DNA from: the human T2T-CHM13v2.0 reference genome, Homo sapiens
Strand: one strand, 5' to 3'
DNA: 64,000 nucleotides
NCBI RefSeq assembly: GCF_009914755.1
Contig: NC_060927.1
The translations under genes and the position numbers were made by a program. The stretch's first letter is position 1. Each line of letters opens with the position of its first letter. This document shows, piece after piece, positions 26,455 to 40,683 of this stretch. Under the pieces are notes generated by a model that did no database searches, was not told the DNA's origin, and saw only the letters and a list, made by a program, of their open reading frames with translations.

Positions 26455-26792
26455 TGATTGGACATTTTTGACTTTCCTCTTCCTAGATATTTATATCTCC
26501 AAGTTGGAAATGTGTTCTGCTATTATTTCTTTAAATAAGTTTTCTAACCCTTTGTTTCTCTCTTCTCCTTCTTTAATTCCTGTAGCTCAAATATTTGTTC
26601 CTTCGATGCTGGTTTATAAACCTTGTAAGCCTTTTTTTATTCCTTCTTTTTCTTTTAGGTTTAGGTTTTAAACACAATATATCTATGCACTAAAATCATA
26701 TCCTTTTCAACTATTTAAACTTATGTTGAAACATTTTTAGATATTTGCATGAAAACTTGAAGAGGTATGTGTTTGTTCAAAATTTCTTTGAT

Positions 26793-26823
26793 GCTTGGGC
26801 AACATGGTAAAACCTCATCTCTA

Positions 26824-26855
<32 letters not shown>

Positions 26856-27008
26856 CCAGACATGGTGGTGCACACCTGTAATTGCAGCTACTCAAGAGGC
26901 TAAGGTGGGAGGGTCGCTGGAGCAGATGTGGAGGTTGCAGCAAGCCATAATTGCACCACTGCATACCAGCCTGGGTGACAGAGCAAGACCCTGTCTCAAA
27001 AAATAAAA
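26793..27008 (+). mobile_element. 5'-truncated AluJ with expanded pure-A middle linker
   Basis: gggcaacatggtaaaacctcatctctac, a long A run, then the right arm; TSD aaaattt(c/t)tttg. Confidence 0.85.
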
Positions 27009-27049
27009 ATTTTTTTGCATTATCTTAGCAAAAATATTTGAAGACCACT

Positions 27050-27527
27050 ATATTTATTTCCTTTTGCTACTCTAACAAGTTGCCACGAACATAGTGACTT
27101 GAAACAATACATTTATTATTTACAGGTCTATAGGTGAGAAATTTATCATGGATCTCACTGGGTTTAAAGCAAGGTGTTGGCAAGTCTGAATCTCTTCATT
27201 GGGGATCTGAGACAGAATCTGTGTTCTTGCCTTTCCAATTTCAGAACTACTCACATTTCTTGACTCATGACCCCATTTCTCCATCTTCACAGCCAGTAAC
27301 ATGAGGCCAAGGCCTTCTCATATTGCCTTCTCTGTGGTTTTGTCTCATGGGTCTCCCTCTTCCACTTATAAGGATCAGTCTCACCTTTTCAAAGTCACGT
27401 GATTAGCAGCCTTAATTCTATCTACAACTTTAATTCCCTTTTGCTATAACATAACCTAACACATTCACATGATCAGGGATTATAATGTGGACCTTTTTAG
27501 GGGGCCGTTTTTTTTTTCCTACTACAA
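27050..27527 (-). mobile_element. MLT1 (MLT1D-like) MaLR solo LTR
   Basis: taacaagttgccac...tagtgacttgaaacaa...ggatctcactgggtttaaagcaaggtgttggc...cctactaca. Confidence 0.8.
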
Positions 27528-27645
27528 CCACTGGAAGTTGGTAGAGGCATAGAGGATGTTGAAGGTTTGATATTGCCTGTCGAGAAATGAAAGGGGGGAC
27601 AGATGGAAGACAAGCAAAAGAATTATCAAAAGAAATGTCAAATAC

Positions 27646-27955
27646 ACCCAGGTGCAGTGGCTCATGCCTGTAATCCCAGGTCTTTGGGAGGCCAAGGAGA
27701 CAGATCACCTGAGTTCAGGAGTTCAAGACCAGCCTGGCCAACATGATGAAAACCCCATCTCTACTACAAATACAAAAATTAGCCAGGCATGGTGGCACAT
27801 GCTATAATCCTAGCTACTCGGGAGGCTGAAGCACGAGAATCACTTGAACCCAGGAGGAGGAGGCTGCAGTGAGCTGAGATCACACCACTGCAATCTAGCC
27901 TGGGTGACAGAGCAAGACACCATCTAAAAAAAAAGAAAAAAAAGAAAGAAAAGAA
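27646..27955 (+). mobile_element. AluS
   Basis: Full dimer; TSD aaagaaatgtcaaat. Confidence 0.95.
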
Positions 27956-29988
27956 AGAAATGTCAAATGTAAGTAGCAATACATTCATAGCTTTTCATCT
28001 GTACACTTGAGAGAGTTTTTCAGTCTTGCCTTTCCTCCTAAAACCCATTCACCTGATGCTCAAATCAAATAATCAGATTGTTGAACTCTTAGTGCCTTTT
28101 TTAATGTCTTTAGAACTGTTCTTAAGCTCTGTTTGCATTTTTGCCTATCTCTGAAATTTTAAGATATTTTTTAACCATTCTCATATATGTTCTCTTATAG
28201 GACCATAATTAAACTTTTAAAGAATATTTTAATATTCAAAGGACATTTCTAATTTCTATTAAGCATTTATCAATTGTGTAATCTTGTGTAAATTATGGGA
28301 CTATTTTAGGTTCTTAAAGTTGGGTTTTTTCTGTTTTCCTTTTGAACCCTTTAAACACATCTTACCCAATTTGTCTGAAGATATTAGCTATACGTAATTA
28401 TAATTAATTATTATAAATCCTATAACATTTGATCTTGTCACAAATGTAAACTTAGTTGTGACACTAATTTTGGACACTGGAAGGCACACTCTGGAAATGT
28501 GTTCAATTGCTTTTAATGCTGGACCCTGATGAGGACCAAGGAAGACAATCAAGGATCTCAGTGTGTATTAAGTGTTCCCTCTGTGTGGAGGAGTGCTGTG
28601 ATGATCTCTCTATGTCAGAGACCAAAGGGCAAGCTTTCACTGGAGGTCCTTTATGTTATGCTAATAAATGAGTATAGGGAGTGTTTATAAGAGAGGAGAG
28701 GGAACATGTCGCTGCCATGAATAAAACTGATAAACACCCCAAGCTCATGTACCACCCCACTCCCACAAAAAAAGTGTTTGGCCTAGTTTTTATTTCCATT
28801 TTAACCAAAAGAAAAACCATCAAACTGCTCTAGTGAAAACTTTTAGGTTTTTTTCCTACTGGATTCCATCACTTAAAAGAATCACAAAAATTTTTCCTTA
28901 AAACATTGTTAGGTACCTTCTAGTTCAACATCTCCCTCCACTCCCAATCTTATTTCATACCTCATTTACCCATGTGTTGGCATAAATACCCCTATTCAAA
29001 ATTTCTATACATATACAAATGCATACATGAATATCCGATGTGAAAGTTACACAGGATGTTTATTATAGATTATTGGATTTCCTTTGTACTTTGCCTCCTT
29101 AAACCTTTAATGTAATGACCTTTCCTGAATAAGCATTAAGAAATACACATATATACACACACGTGCACACACACACACATATTAAATCCTTGTTCCTGAG
29201 ATACCCAAATGCTAAGGGAGCAAGGAGTAGTGAGATGGAGAAGAGGCAAAACCAAACTAGAGAAAGCATATGTAAGAACCCAGGGGAGGCAAAACCAAAC
29301 TAGAGAGGAAGAGGTGTCAGCCTGCTGTGACAGAGCCACAGTTTAGAAAAAAATACCATGGTCAAGTTTCCATATCCACTTGTTCCCATTTGGAGTAAGA
29401 GAGTCTTAGCTTGGTGGCCTCTGCCTGCCCACCTGTGGTTGCTGAGTGGCTGAGAAAGTACCATAGCAGAGGCAGGGCTGGACATAAAGAGCAATGGCCT
29501 GCCACTGGAGTGTGGGGGCATTCAGGTGCAAATTTCAGTTATGATAATAGCTTGTTGTGTTTCCTTGAGCATCGCTCAATCTTTTTTAGCTTCAATCTCT
29601 TTTTCTAGTAAACTAAGGTGACACTGGTGACCTCTATGAGGCCCTTCCACCTCTAGCACACTGTGACGACATGGGTTGAGCATCTCCTGATCAGAGCCTT
29701 ACCTTAACGTAGCCTGCCTTGCATGAGATTCAGTGAGACAAGACATGAGTCCACTGGGACCCTGTCTGTGTGTGGCAGGACTACACAAGAGCCCAGCATC
29801 TCCACTAATCTCATCACCTAAGAAAAAAAAATGCTCAAGCTCAGTTTTAGAAGCTACATCTCCCATAAGGCTTTAGAATGATGCTTTACAATATGCCTAT
29901 AAAAGGAAAACCTGAGATATAGTCCACTCATTCAGAAATACAAATGCCAGTCTCTAGGATTAAAGAGGTGGGGGTAAGACATGAAAAG

Positions 29989-30284
29989 TGCTGGGCACAG
30001 TGGCTCACACCTAATAATCCCAGCACACTGGGAGGCCCAGGCAGGAGGATCACTTGAGCCCAGGAGTTTGAATCCAGCCTGGGCAATATGGAAAAAGCTC
30101 ATCTCTATAAAAAATACAAAAATTGCCCAAGCGTGGTGGCATGTGCCTATAGTCCCAACTACTCAGGAGGTTGAGGTAGGAGGATTGCTTGAGACTGGGA
30201 GGTTGAGGCTACAGTAAGCTGTAATCATGCCACTGTACTACAGCCTGGGTGGCAAAGCGAGAATGTGTCTCAGAAAAAAAAAAA
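29989..30284 (+). mobile_element. AluJ
   Basis: gcaggaggatcacttgagcccaggagtttg and gaggctacagt diagnostics. Confidence 0.9.
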
Positions 30285-30289
30285 GTGAG

Positions 30290-30840
30290 AAGCATAGTTC
30301 TTACCCTCACAAAAGCAGAGGTAACTTTAACTCTGTGGTTGGTAGAGAGGGGATGTACTCAGGGCTGGGGAGACCAGAGAGAGAGAGGTTCCAAGGAAGG
30401 GTGCACAGCCTTTGAGCAGGATGCAGAAGGATGAGTGTCCACAAGGTGGCTTCGGGCAGACAGTGTTTTCAGGTGAAGGGAACAGTTTGGGTAAAGGCAG
30501 ACCAAAGGGCCCTGCTGTTTAAAGAAGTGCTAAAAAATTTACTGAAGCTGGAATTTAAAGCATAGGATTACAGTGGCCAGGAATAAAAGGAATGAGTCAG
30601 CTTGAGGCCAAATTGTAACTGGCCTTATATTCCTGCCAGAGGAATTTGGAATGAGTCTTGTGGGCAACATCTGGGAATTGAGAGGTTTTCAAGCGAGAGA
30701 GAGAGAGAAATTCCGATTTTGTTCCCAGGAGAAAAGTGTTCTGGCAGTAGCACGGTGGATGGAAGAACCTGAGAAAGGCTGGCAGTAGGGATACCGGAGA
30801 AGAGGCTCCTGCAGAGCAGATAACTATTTGGAGGTAGAGG
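30290..30840 (-). mobile_element. L2 segment
   Basis: ttcaggtgaagggaacagtttgggtaaaggc...ggaatttggaatgagtcttgtgggcaac. Confidence 0.6.
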
Positions 30841-33371
30841 TGGGAGGCTGAATTATATTTATACATCCGTTGTACTACTTCCTTCTAATTTGATCAGCAG
30901 TAGATACAGAAGTACAGAAAGACTTTCCAGGAGTTCCAGTGAGAATAATCTGACTCTCCAGGCCAACAGTGACAATCTTCAAACAGCCTGATTTATGACT
31001 GACATTCATCATATGCCACTGTTCCTGTTACATCCCACACCCATAATGAAATCTCCCAGAATGGGGCTGGATGTCCATCTTGCCATCATCATCCTCTTCC
31101 CTCTCCTGCTGGCCTTGTCTGCATTCTGGACATCTGGGTGCTGATATCCTGTTTTGTTAGAGATGCAGCAGAAATCATTTCCAGTCTGTTTTTGTTTTTA
31201 TGTGGAACAACTAAGCTAATTAATCTTAGAGAATCACATATGTATACAAAAAGCTCAGGTCTGGGGCAACAATAAAAACTTAAGATTTCCAGTTTCTTCT
31301 GACTAGATTCCAGTTCTTATTCATAACAATAATTCAATACCACTGGTGAGAGACTGCTATAACCCTGAGAGAACAGCTTTGAAATACCAAGAATAATGGC
31401 ATTTAGATTTCTATAGCATCCAGGCCCTCCCAGCACCCCTTGTGGCAGGATCTCACAATGTTCTACAGAAGTACAATGCATTAAGGCTCTCCTCATAAAG
31501 TAGGCAGCATTATTATTCTCATTCCTCACGCTGCCAAAACAAAGTGGAGAGATGTGCTTCTGTTGCCTGCCCAAGGTTAATTCCAGGGGCAAAACTACAA
31601 ATTCAACTCAGTTATTTGCCCTCAACTATGATCAAGCAGCTTTGTATTTTCAAGAAAAGCTGATGTAACTTACCCAAAACCAGAGTAAATTACATTTCAG
31701 AAGGAGAATGAGCATGTGGGCCGCTGCCACCTCTCACACATTCCCACATCTTCTCCACTGAGCCCCAGTTGACTTTCCCAGGAAGGACGTGACACAATTG
31801 CTACCTAAGTAGATTAACATAACACATTACACATCAGCACTACAAATGCTAACCAAAAGTCAAACTCATAAATAAAGCATACCTACCCCTGAGAAAAACT
31901 CGTAAATAAAGCATACCTACAAGATAAGGAAGGAGAGGACTTCTGAAGAATGAACATCAGAGAGATAAAAAGAAACAATTGAAAATGAAGTTAAAAACAT
32001 TGCGTGTCTGTAGTGTATGTGTGTATAAAAATATTTACACATAGTGTATATGTAAAACAATGAGATTCAAGATATAAACTACAATAGCTTAGGTATCAGT
32101 CAGCCCAGTGAAAATCTAACATGAGATTCAATAGTTCACCTCATGATACTAAATATAAAAAAGTTAATACCATAGAAGTGGACTTTCTATGAGGAGAAAA
32201 AAAGCGTGTCTATATATTTAAAGGTTATTTTAATTCTGTAATTATGATGAAATCTGTGCTTTAAATGTATGTCTAAAATAAAAGATGTTATGTTGAAAAA
32301 TTATAGGGAGCTCAGATAATAAATTTTGGAGAGAAAAGCTAATTTCTTCAAATTAGGCAAACACACTTACACGTGGAAACTTAAGAAATGGTAAAATATA
32401 TTTTAGAAACAACAGTCTGTACATAAAGTTTACCTACTAAGAGAGGTACAATATGATTTTACTGAACCATATATGCTATAGTTAAAAAAGTAAGATGGTT
32501 TATAATTTAAAGAGCTAAGCTGAAAAGTTTGGTTTGTTTGTTTTTTTATCCAGAGGATAAAATATTAAGATGAAAAAAGATATGTGACTTATACAGACGA
32601 ATAGGAATTTGATGAAGTGTAACTAAAATTGTGATATATATTTTTGGTCCTTACAAAATGGTTTTACAGACTAATAGAATTTTAGTAAAGAGAAAATTTA
32701 ACTTCTTAAGCATGTATATTTATAACATCTATAACAATAAAATTTTCATTTACAATGTATAGAATGGCCTTAGCAGTCAAAAGTTTGTCTAAATAATGTC
32801 TTGTAGAAAACATCCTAGAAAATAAATGGTTAAATTTGATTATTTTCTAGTCTATTGTATTTGAACTTAATTATTCTCATGATTTTATTTTCTAAGGTGG
32901 TGTTAGTGAATGTAACTTGCATAATAATTAGCATCTTACGTGGCATTTTGTCATGTTTACTCCATATTCATTGAATGGATGAATGAATGAATTGCACCCA
33001 AACAAAGTTGGAGCTCTTCATTTCTCATGTCTTAGCCTCACTCAGTTGACTAAGAACACAGACAGCCTGGGAGAACGCTGTTCAGTCACTCCTCCCAGAC
33101 AACAGGCAAGACCATCTGCAAGTTGCCCAGCCTGACAATGTATTTGGTAAACCAGGGATTAATAACCATTTCTTCCCCTCCTTTCTCTGCCTCCCAATAT
33201 CACTCAAAGAATCCAAGGACATAAAGCCTATGGCTTCCGTTGCTTTTTGCAGATCAATAGGAAAATTTGCCCTGTAGCCTCCAAAATTATACCAGTGGCC
33301 TAACTTGAAAATCTGTTTGAATGTTTACTATTCCTAAACTCCAGTTTGTCATAGGTTTTTGTCAAGGTCTC

Positions 33372-34140
<769 letters not shown>

Positions 34141-34806
34141 GTCTGGATACTTGGGAAACCCAAGGTCCCTCCTTCCTTTGTTCTGCTGGATACCTTGCCC
34201 TCACCTGTCCAGCTCCATTCTCCACCCCGGTGACTCTTCCAGTCCTAGGAGCACTCAGCTGATATGAGTTCCAGGGTACAGAAGCATGCTTTGTAGTTTC
34301 CCTCCACTCTTCCTACAGTTTTGTAAACACTCCTTTTATTAAACTCTCACATTAACCTTGAGGGAAATTTTCTTTATCCCTACTAAGGCAGGCACCAAAT
34401 CTCTCTAAAGAAACCCCTCCTTTAAGCTTCAACCCCTTGGCCAATTTAGGCACCTCCCTTTTCCTCCCTCACTGTGAAAGAACAGCTAAAGGTCAGGAAA
34501 CTTATTTCTGCCCCTCTAACATTAGTCATCTTTTTGTAAGTTCCTTATAAGCTTCTCATAAGAAGTAGGAGAGATGGTGATAAAGCTTAGTGATTCAGAG
34601 CCAGCATATCTTGAGGTACTTCCAGTCTGTGTGACTTGGAGAGAGTTACTCCTCAGCATTAAAAGTATGTAACAACACAGGCCAATTTTTTTGTTCTGAG
34701 GGTTCAATGAGAAAATGTATGTAAGGAATTTAACACAGAGCCTGGAACATAGTTAAGTGCCCATTCATTCATTCAGGAAATATGTATTAAGAATCTCCTA
34801 GGTACT

Positions 34807-35097
<291 letters not shown>

Positions 35098-35796
35098 TAT
35101 CTCCTAGATTAAGCACTATAATAGGTACTGTGCTTACAGTAGTGAACAAAGGAAAGTCTCTGTTCTGGGACCCTAAAAATGAAATGATGGTGATAGCTGC
35201 TAGAATAAAGTATAAGGATATTCAAGGCAGGGATGCTGACTTACAGGGTATTCAACAAATGACGGAGTGAATTTGAGCAAAGACTTTAAGTAAATGAGGG
35301 AGGAAGCTGTCTGGATTACCTGGGAGAAAGCCACTTCCAGACAAAGGGAAGAGCAAGTGCAAAGGACGGGTTTGCCTATCAAGTTCCAAGAATAATAAAG
35401 AGGCCTATGTAACTACATCAGAATAAGCAAGGGAGATAATAAGGAGATGAAGCCAGAGAGGTCATAGGTACCTAGACCCTGTAGATCACTGTAGAAACTT
35501 CCAATTTTATCCTGAGCAAGTCAGGATGCCATCAGAGGGTTTTGAGCAGAGGAGTGGACATGACCAGACTCAAGTTTTGACAGGATCACTCTGGCTGCTC
35601 TGTTCAGAACAGATTGTAAGGGACAGGAGCAGGGAAACCAGCAGGGAGGCTTCTGCAATCATCCAGGTGGAGACAATAGTGGCCTGAGCTAGGGGCGTGG
35701 CTGTGGAGACAGTTTGAAGTAAGAAGGTTCTGAATCTATTTAGAAGGCGATAAGACTGTGTATTAGGGTTCCCTAGAGGGACAGAACTAATAGGAG

Positions 35797-35798
<2 letters not shown>

Positions 35799-35853
<55 letters not shown>

Positions 35854-36213
35854 GGATATATATATAATAGTATATATATATATATATCTTGGATCAATAC
35901 TTTGCTTCGATACTTTGCATCCTTCAATCCAATCAAGTTGACACTCAGTATTAACCATCACAAGTCCACCCCTTGTCAACTTGAACCCATAGACATCTCT
36001 TGAGATCCTACATATATTTATATATATAAATAAATAAATATATATATTATATATTATATATGTAATTATATATAAATATAAATTATATATAAATACATAT
36101 ATAAATATATATAATATATAAATATATTTTATAAATATATATATTTTTTTATATATTTATATAATATATATTATATATAAATAAATATATTTATATATGT
36201 ATATATATATATA
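35799..36213. repeat. (TA)n and AT-rich microsatellite in the 3' LTR, interrupted by a templated insertion
   Basis: TA tracts at 35799-35887 and 36013-36213. Confidence 0.95.
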
Positions 36214-36888
36214 TTAGTTTATTAAGTCTTAATAAATCACAAGGTCCCACAATAGGCCATCTGCAGGCTTGAGGAGCAAGGAGAGCCAGTCCTAGTCCCA
36301 AAACTGAAGAACTTGGAGTCCAATGTTTGAGGACAGGAAGCATCCAGCACGGGAGAAAGACGTAGGCTGGGGGTGCTAGGCCAGTCTCACCTTTTCACTT
36401 TTTCTGCTTGCTTTACATTCATTGGCAGCTGATTGGATTGTGCCCACTAGATTAAGGGTGGATCTGCCTTCTCCAGCCCACTGACTCAAATGTTAATCTC
36501 CTTTTGCAACATCCTCACAGACACACCTAGGATCAATACTTTGCATCCTTCAATCCAATCAAGTTGACACTAAGTATTAACCATCACAAGTCTACCCCTT
36601 GTCAACTTGAACCCATACACATCTCCTGAGATCATACACAATCTCAAAGAAAGACAATAATGAGGTCATAACTGCACTAACATAATACAACCATCCTTCA
36701 TACAACTGGAAATGCACCAACACCCAACCCAAATACTATTACATAAAGTTAACAATACTTAAATGCTGATAGGAAGTCAATAAATCTTATGTCACATGAT
36801 AAAGGAAAAGGAAATGAAGATATTTTATTAGTACAAGTGTATAATGCACAAATATGTTATTAACTAAAGAAGAAAATACTCATGACAG

Positions 36889-38627
36889 TTACCATCCTTG
36901 TTTCTGCAGCTGGTCATGTGGTCGCAGCTGGTATTGATGACTACCTTCTTCTACTACCCATTCTGTATTCCCTTTGCCTTTAGAAAGCACCTCAGCAGGT
37001 AGCAGATTTTTTCCTGGTGGAGTGAACCAAATCTTCATTTCTGAGGAGTCTGGACCATTTGTAGTCCTGCCTGGCTTGGGCTGTTGTAGTTTCCCATTGA
37101 CCTTAATCACAGGGCATGGTAATACTATGAGACAGCCTAATGCATCTTCTGTATTCCATACGTACTTCTCCTTACCTTCATTATGAAGTAGTAGACTGAT
37201 TTCATCTTGATAGTCTGGGTCAGTCACCTCAGCAAACACTGTAACTCTCCTCTTAGCCTGTTGACTTAAAGGTAGGAGGAGCCCAAGGTGGCTATCTTAA
37301 CTTCCGGTTTAATGGAATTGTTGTTGTGCCTCCTGGTGGCAGTGTTCCTTCCTCTGGAACTAAGACCTCTAGGCCAGCAGAACGTAATGTCGTGGAACAG
37401 GAAGCAAAAATTTTGCTAGTGGATCACTAGGGGTGATGGTAAGTGGTGCCACTTCCACTTTCACCCCGTGATTCCCAGACCCATAAATCCTGGCTATGGG
37501 AGAAACAGTATCATATATTGGACTCTGATTCAGAGCATACACAGCCTTTGGGAGAACTTTGTCCCAGCCCTGCAAAGTATTGTCACCTAGTTGGCATTGT
37601 AATTGTGACTTCAAAAGGCCATTCCACCATTCTATTAATCCAGCTGCTTCAGAGTGATAGGGAACATGGAAGGACCAGTGAATTCCATGAGCATGAGCTC
37701 ACTGCTTCACTTATTTAGCCATAAAGTGAGTGCCTTGGTCAGAGGCAATGCTGTGTGGAATACCATGATGGTAGATAAGGCACTCTGTGAGTCCACGGAT
37801 GGTAGTCTTGCCAGAAGCACTGCAGGCAGGATAGGCAAACCCATATCCAGAGTAAGTGTCTATTCCAATAAGGACAAACCTCTGCCCTTTCCATGATAGA
37901 AGAGTTCCAATATAATCAACCTGCCACCAGGACACTGGCTGATCACCCTGAGGAATGGTGTCATATCGAGGGCTCAGTGTTGCTCTCTGCTGCTGGCAAA
38001 TTGGGCACTCAGCAGTGGCCATAGCCAGGTCATCCTTGGTGAGTGGAAGTCCATGTTGCTGAGCCCATGCACAACCTCCATCCCTGCCACCATTGCCACT
38101 TTGTTCATGGGCCTGTTCGACAATGACAGGGGTGGCTGGGGAAAGAGGCTGAGTGGTGTCCATAGGACAGGTCATCCTATCCACTTGATTATTAAAATCC
38201 TTCTCTGCCAAGGTCACCTGTTGGTGAGCACTCACATGCAATACAAATATCTTCACAGTTTTTGACTACTCAGAGAGGTCCATCAACATACCTCTTCCCC
38301 AAATTTCTTTGTCACCAATTTTCCAATCATGCTTCTTCCAAGTTCATGACCATCCAGCCAAACCATTGGCTACAGCCCACGAATCAATATATAATTGCAC
38401 ATCTGGCCATTTCTCCTTCCATGCAAAGTGTACAACCAGATGCACTGCTTGAAGTTCTGCCCACTGGGAAGATTTCTCTTCACTGCTGTCCTTCAGGGAT
38501 GTCCTAGAAAGGGGCTGTCATGCTGCAGCTGTACACTTTTGGGTGGTGCCTGCATATTGTGCAGAACCCTCAGTGAACCAGGCCCTAGTCTTCTCTTCCT
38601 CTGTCAACTGATCATAGGGAATTCCCC
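36889..38627 (-). pseudogene. ERV-L pol remnant: RNase H, integrase and dUTPase (frameshifted)
   Basis: RAWFTEGSA (RNase H, catalytic D changed to E), HVSAH, CPICQQ zinc finger, WQVDYIG / IDTYSGY / SDQGTHF integrase core, DPDYQDEISLLLHN dUTPase. Confidence 0.9.
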
Positions 38628-38643
38628 ATATATGTATGTATAC

Positions 38644-38674
<31 letters not shown>

Positions 38675-39592
38675 CACACACGTATAGAGTATATATGTAT
38701 GTATAATACACATGTATGCATGCATATATGCGTGTATATATACACATGTATGCATGCATATATGCATGTATATATACACATGTGTACATGCATATATGTA
38801 TGTATATACACACATACACGTATATATACGCATGTATTCATGTATATGTGTATATGCAAACATGTACACATATATATACGCATACATGTATACGTGTATG
38901 CATGCATGTATAGATGTGTACATGCATACATGTATACACGTGTGTACACGCATGTATGCATGTATATACACTTACATGTATGCATATGTATATTTGTACA
39001 CATACATGTACACACATGCAGGCATGTATATGCACATGCATGTATACATGTGTGCACGCATGTGTGCATGCATATGTGCATGCATGTATACATATATACA
39101 TGTATATATGTACGTGTTCATATGTATACATGTATATGTACATATGTATACATGTATACATGTGTGTATGCATGTGTACATACACATATGTATACGTGTA
39201 GATATGTATGTATATGCATGTATGTGTGCATGTATATATGTATGTGTGTATGTATGTGTGTATATACATGTATGCGTGTATATATGTATGTTTATATACA
39301 TGTATGTGTGTATATGTGTGTATATACATGTATGTGTGTATATGTGTACGTGTTTACACATATGTGTGTGTGTACACGTATACACACATGTATATTTGCG
39401 TATACGTGTATACACACACGTGTATGTATGTATATATAAATGTGTATATATACATGTGTATACATATATAAATATATGTGTATATATACATATATGTGTA
39501 TACGTATATACATATGTATATATGTGTATATATACATATATGTGTATATATGTGTGTATATATGTCTGTGTGTGTATATATATGTATATATG
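38627..39592. repeat. ~965-bp complex (TA/TG/CA)n alternating purine-pyrimidine tract
   Basis: Directly visible. Confidence 0.97.
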
Positions 39593-40683
39593 AGTTCATA
39601 AATCTCTAGGTCCCACAATAGGCTGTCTGCAAGCTTGAGGGGCAAGGAGAGCTAGTCCAAGTCTCAAAACTGAAGAACTTGGAGTCTGATGTTTCAGGGC
39701 AGGAAGCATCCAGCACATGAGAAAGATGTAGGCTGGGAGGCTAGGCCAGTCTCGCCTTTTCACGTTTTTCTGCCTGCTTTATTTTTGCTGGCAGCTGATT
39801 AGACTGTGCCTACCACATTAAGGGTGGGTCTGCCTTCCCCAGCCCACTGACTCAGATGTTAATCTCCTTTGGCAACACCCTCACAGACACACCTATACAT
39901 TCTCCAATCCGGTCAAGTTGACACTCAGTTTTAACCATCACAGACTGTCTGTTAGACTCCTCTCCCACACATTGTATATCCAAACTAAGGATGAACTCAA
40001 GTGGTTTAGCCTAGGTGATGAGAAGGGTGGAGCTGCTGTAACTAGATGGAGATGGCTGAAGTAAGCAGGTCTGGGCAGGGGAAGGGGTTAGATTGAGAGT
40101 TTAGTTTTAGACAGATAGAAGATGCAGGGAAATGTCAAGTGAGCAGAAGGAATGCTTTAAGTTCAAATCTATAAGAATATATACTTGACATATGGTATTC
40201 AAAGCCTTGAGAATATAGGTAGTGCATTAATTCAAGCACCTCATGCCATGTAATAAACGCATGCCTTACAGGAAGTTTTCAGAATGGAATAATATTCTTC
40301 CAAAAATTGGTCCATTTCAGTGAAATAAAGAATCAAATCTGACAAGGAAACACAACAGAAAATGGAGTCACATAGAGCATTTGTGGCGGTTTGGCCAGAG
40401 CACTAATTTTAAATGGTGGTGGACTGAAGACTTTAATTACTTTGATGGACAGAACATTAGTTTTCAGATGACTGGAACTGAGCTATATACTTCTTGGAAA
40501 CACCAAGGTTGTGTTAGGAAGGCAGCTTTGTTTAGGTTTGACTTTTGACAAAATTTCTTTACGGAAATATTCTGGAAGTTTAAGAATAATGTGTATAGAT
40601 ACTTCCTAACTACACTTAAGGAAAATAAACATAGTATGATTTATTCTAATGGTTCTACAAGAACATGAGCTATATCCTAAGTT

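Larger units (their letters stand above)
10143..26650 (-). mobile_element. Old L1MA-type element, near full length, split by nested insertions (pieces ~10143-11403, 16272-17424, 23726-24228, 24708-26159, 26455-26650)
   Basis: Collinear L1 3'UTR, ORF2 (IIDAAKAFEKIQH...LRSGTRQG), endonuclease and ORF1 (KAARENKQVTYKGGPIKLATDFS) resume across each insertion. Confidence 0.8.
35759..39942 (-). mobile_element. Deleted HERV-L provirus with MLT2A LTRs: 3' LTR 35759-36588, pol 3' half 36589-38627, 5' LTR remnant ~38628-39942
   Basis: Perfect 5-bp TSD GACTG (35754-35758 / 39943-39947); LTR termini TG...CA; PPT aaggggtagact abutting the 3' LTR. Confidence 0.93.

Noticed and set aside
28436-28463. Inverted repeat tgtcacaa...ttgtgaca
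   Set aside because: An 8-bp stem is expected by chance in 64 kb; no TSD or TIR context
38518-39645. Cluster of long overlapping ORFs (up to 293 aa) rich in Y/C/M/V/H/I
   Set aside because: Translation of an RY-alternating microsatellite, which cannot form stop codons (TAA, TAG and TGA all need adjacent purines)
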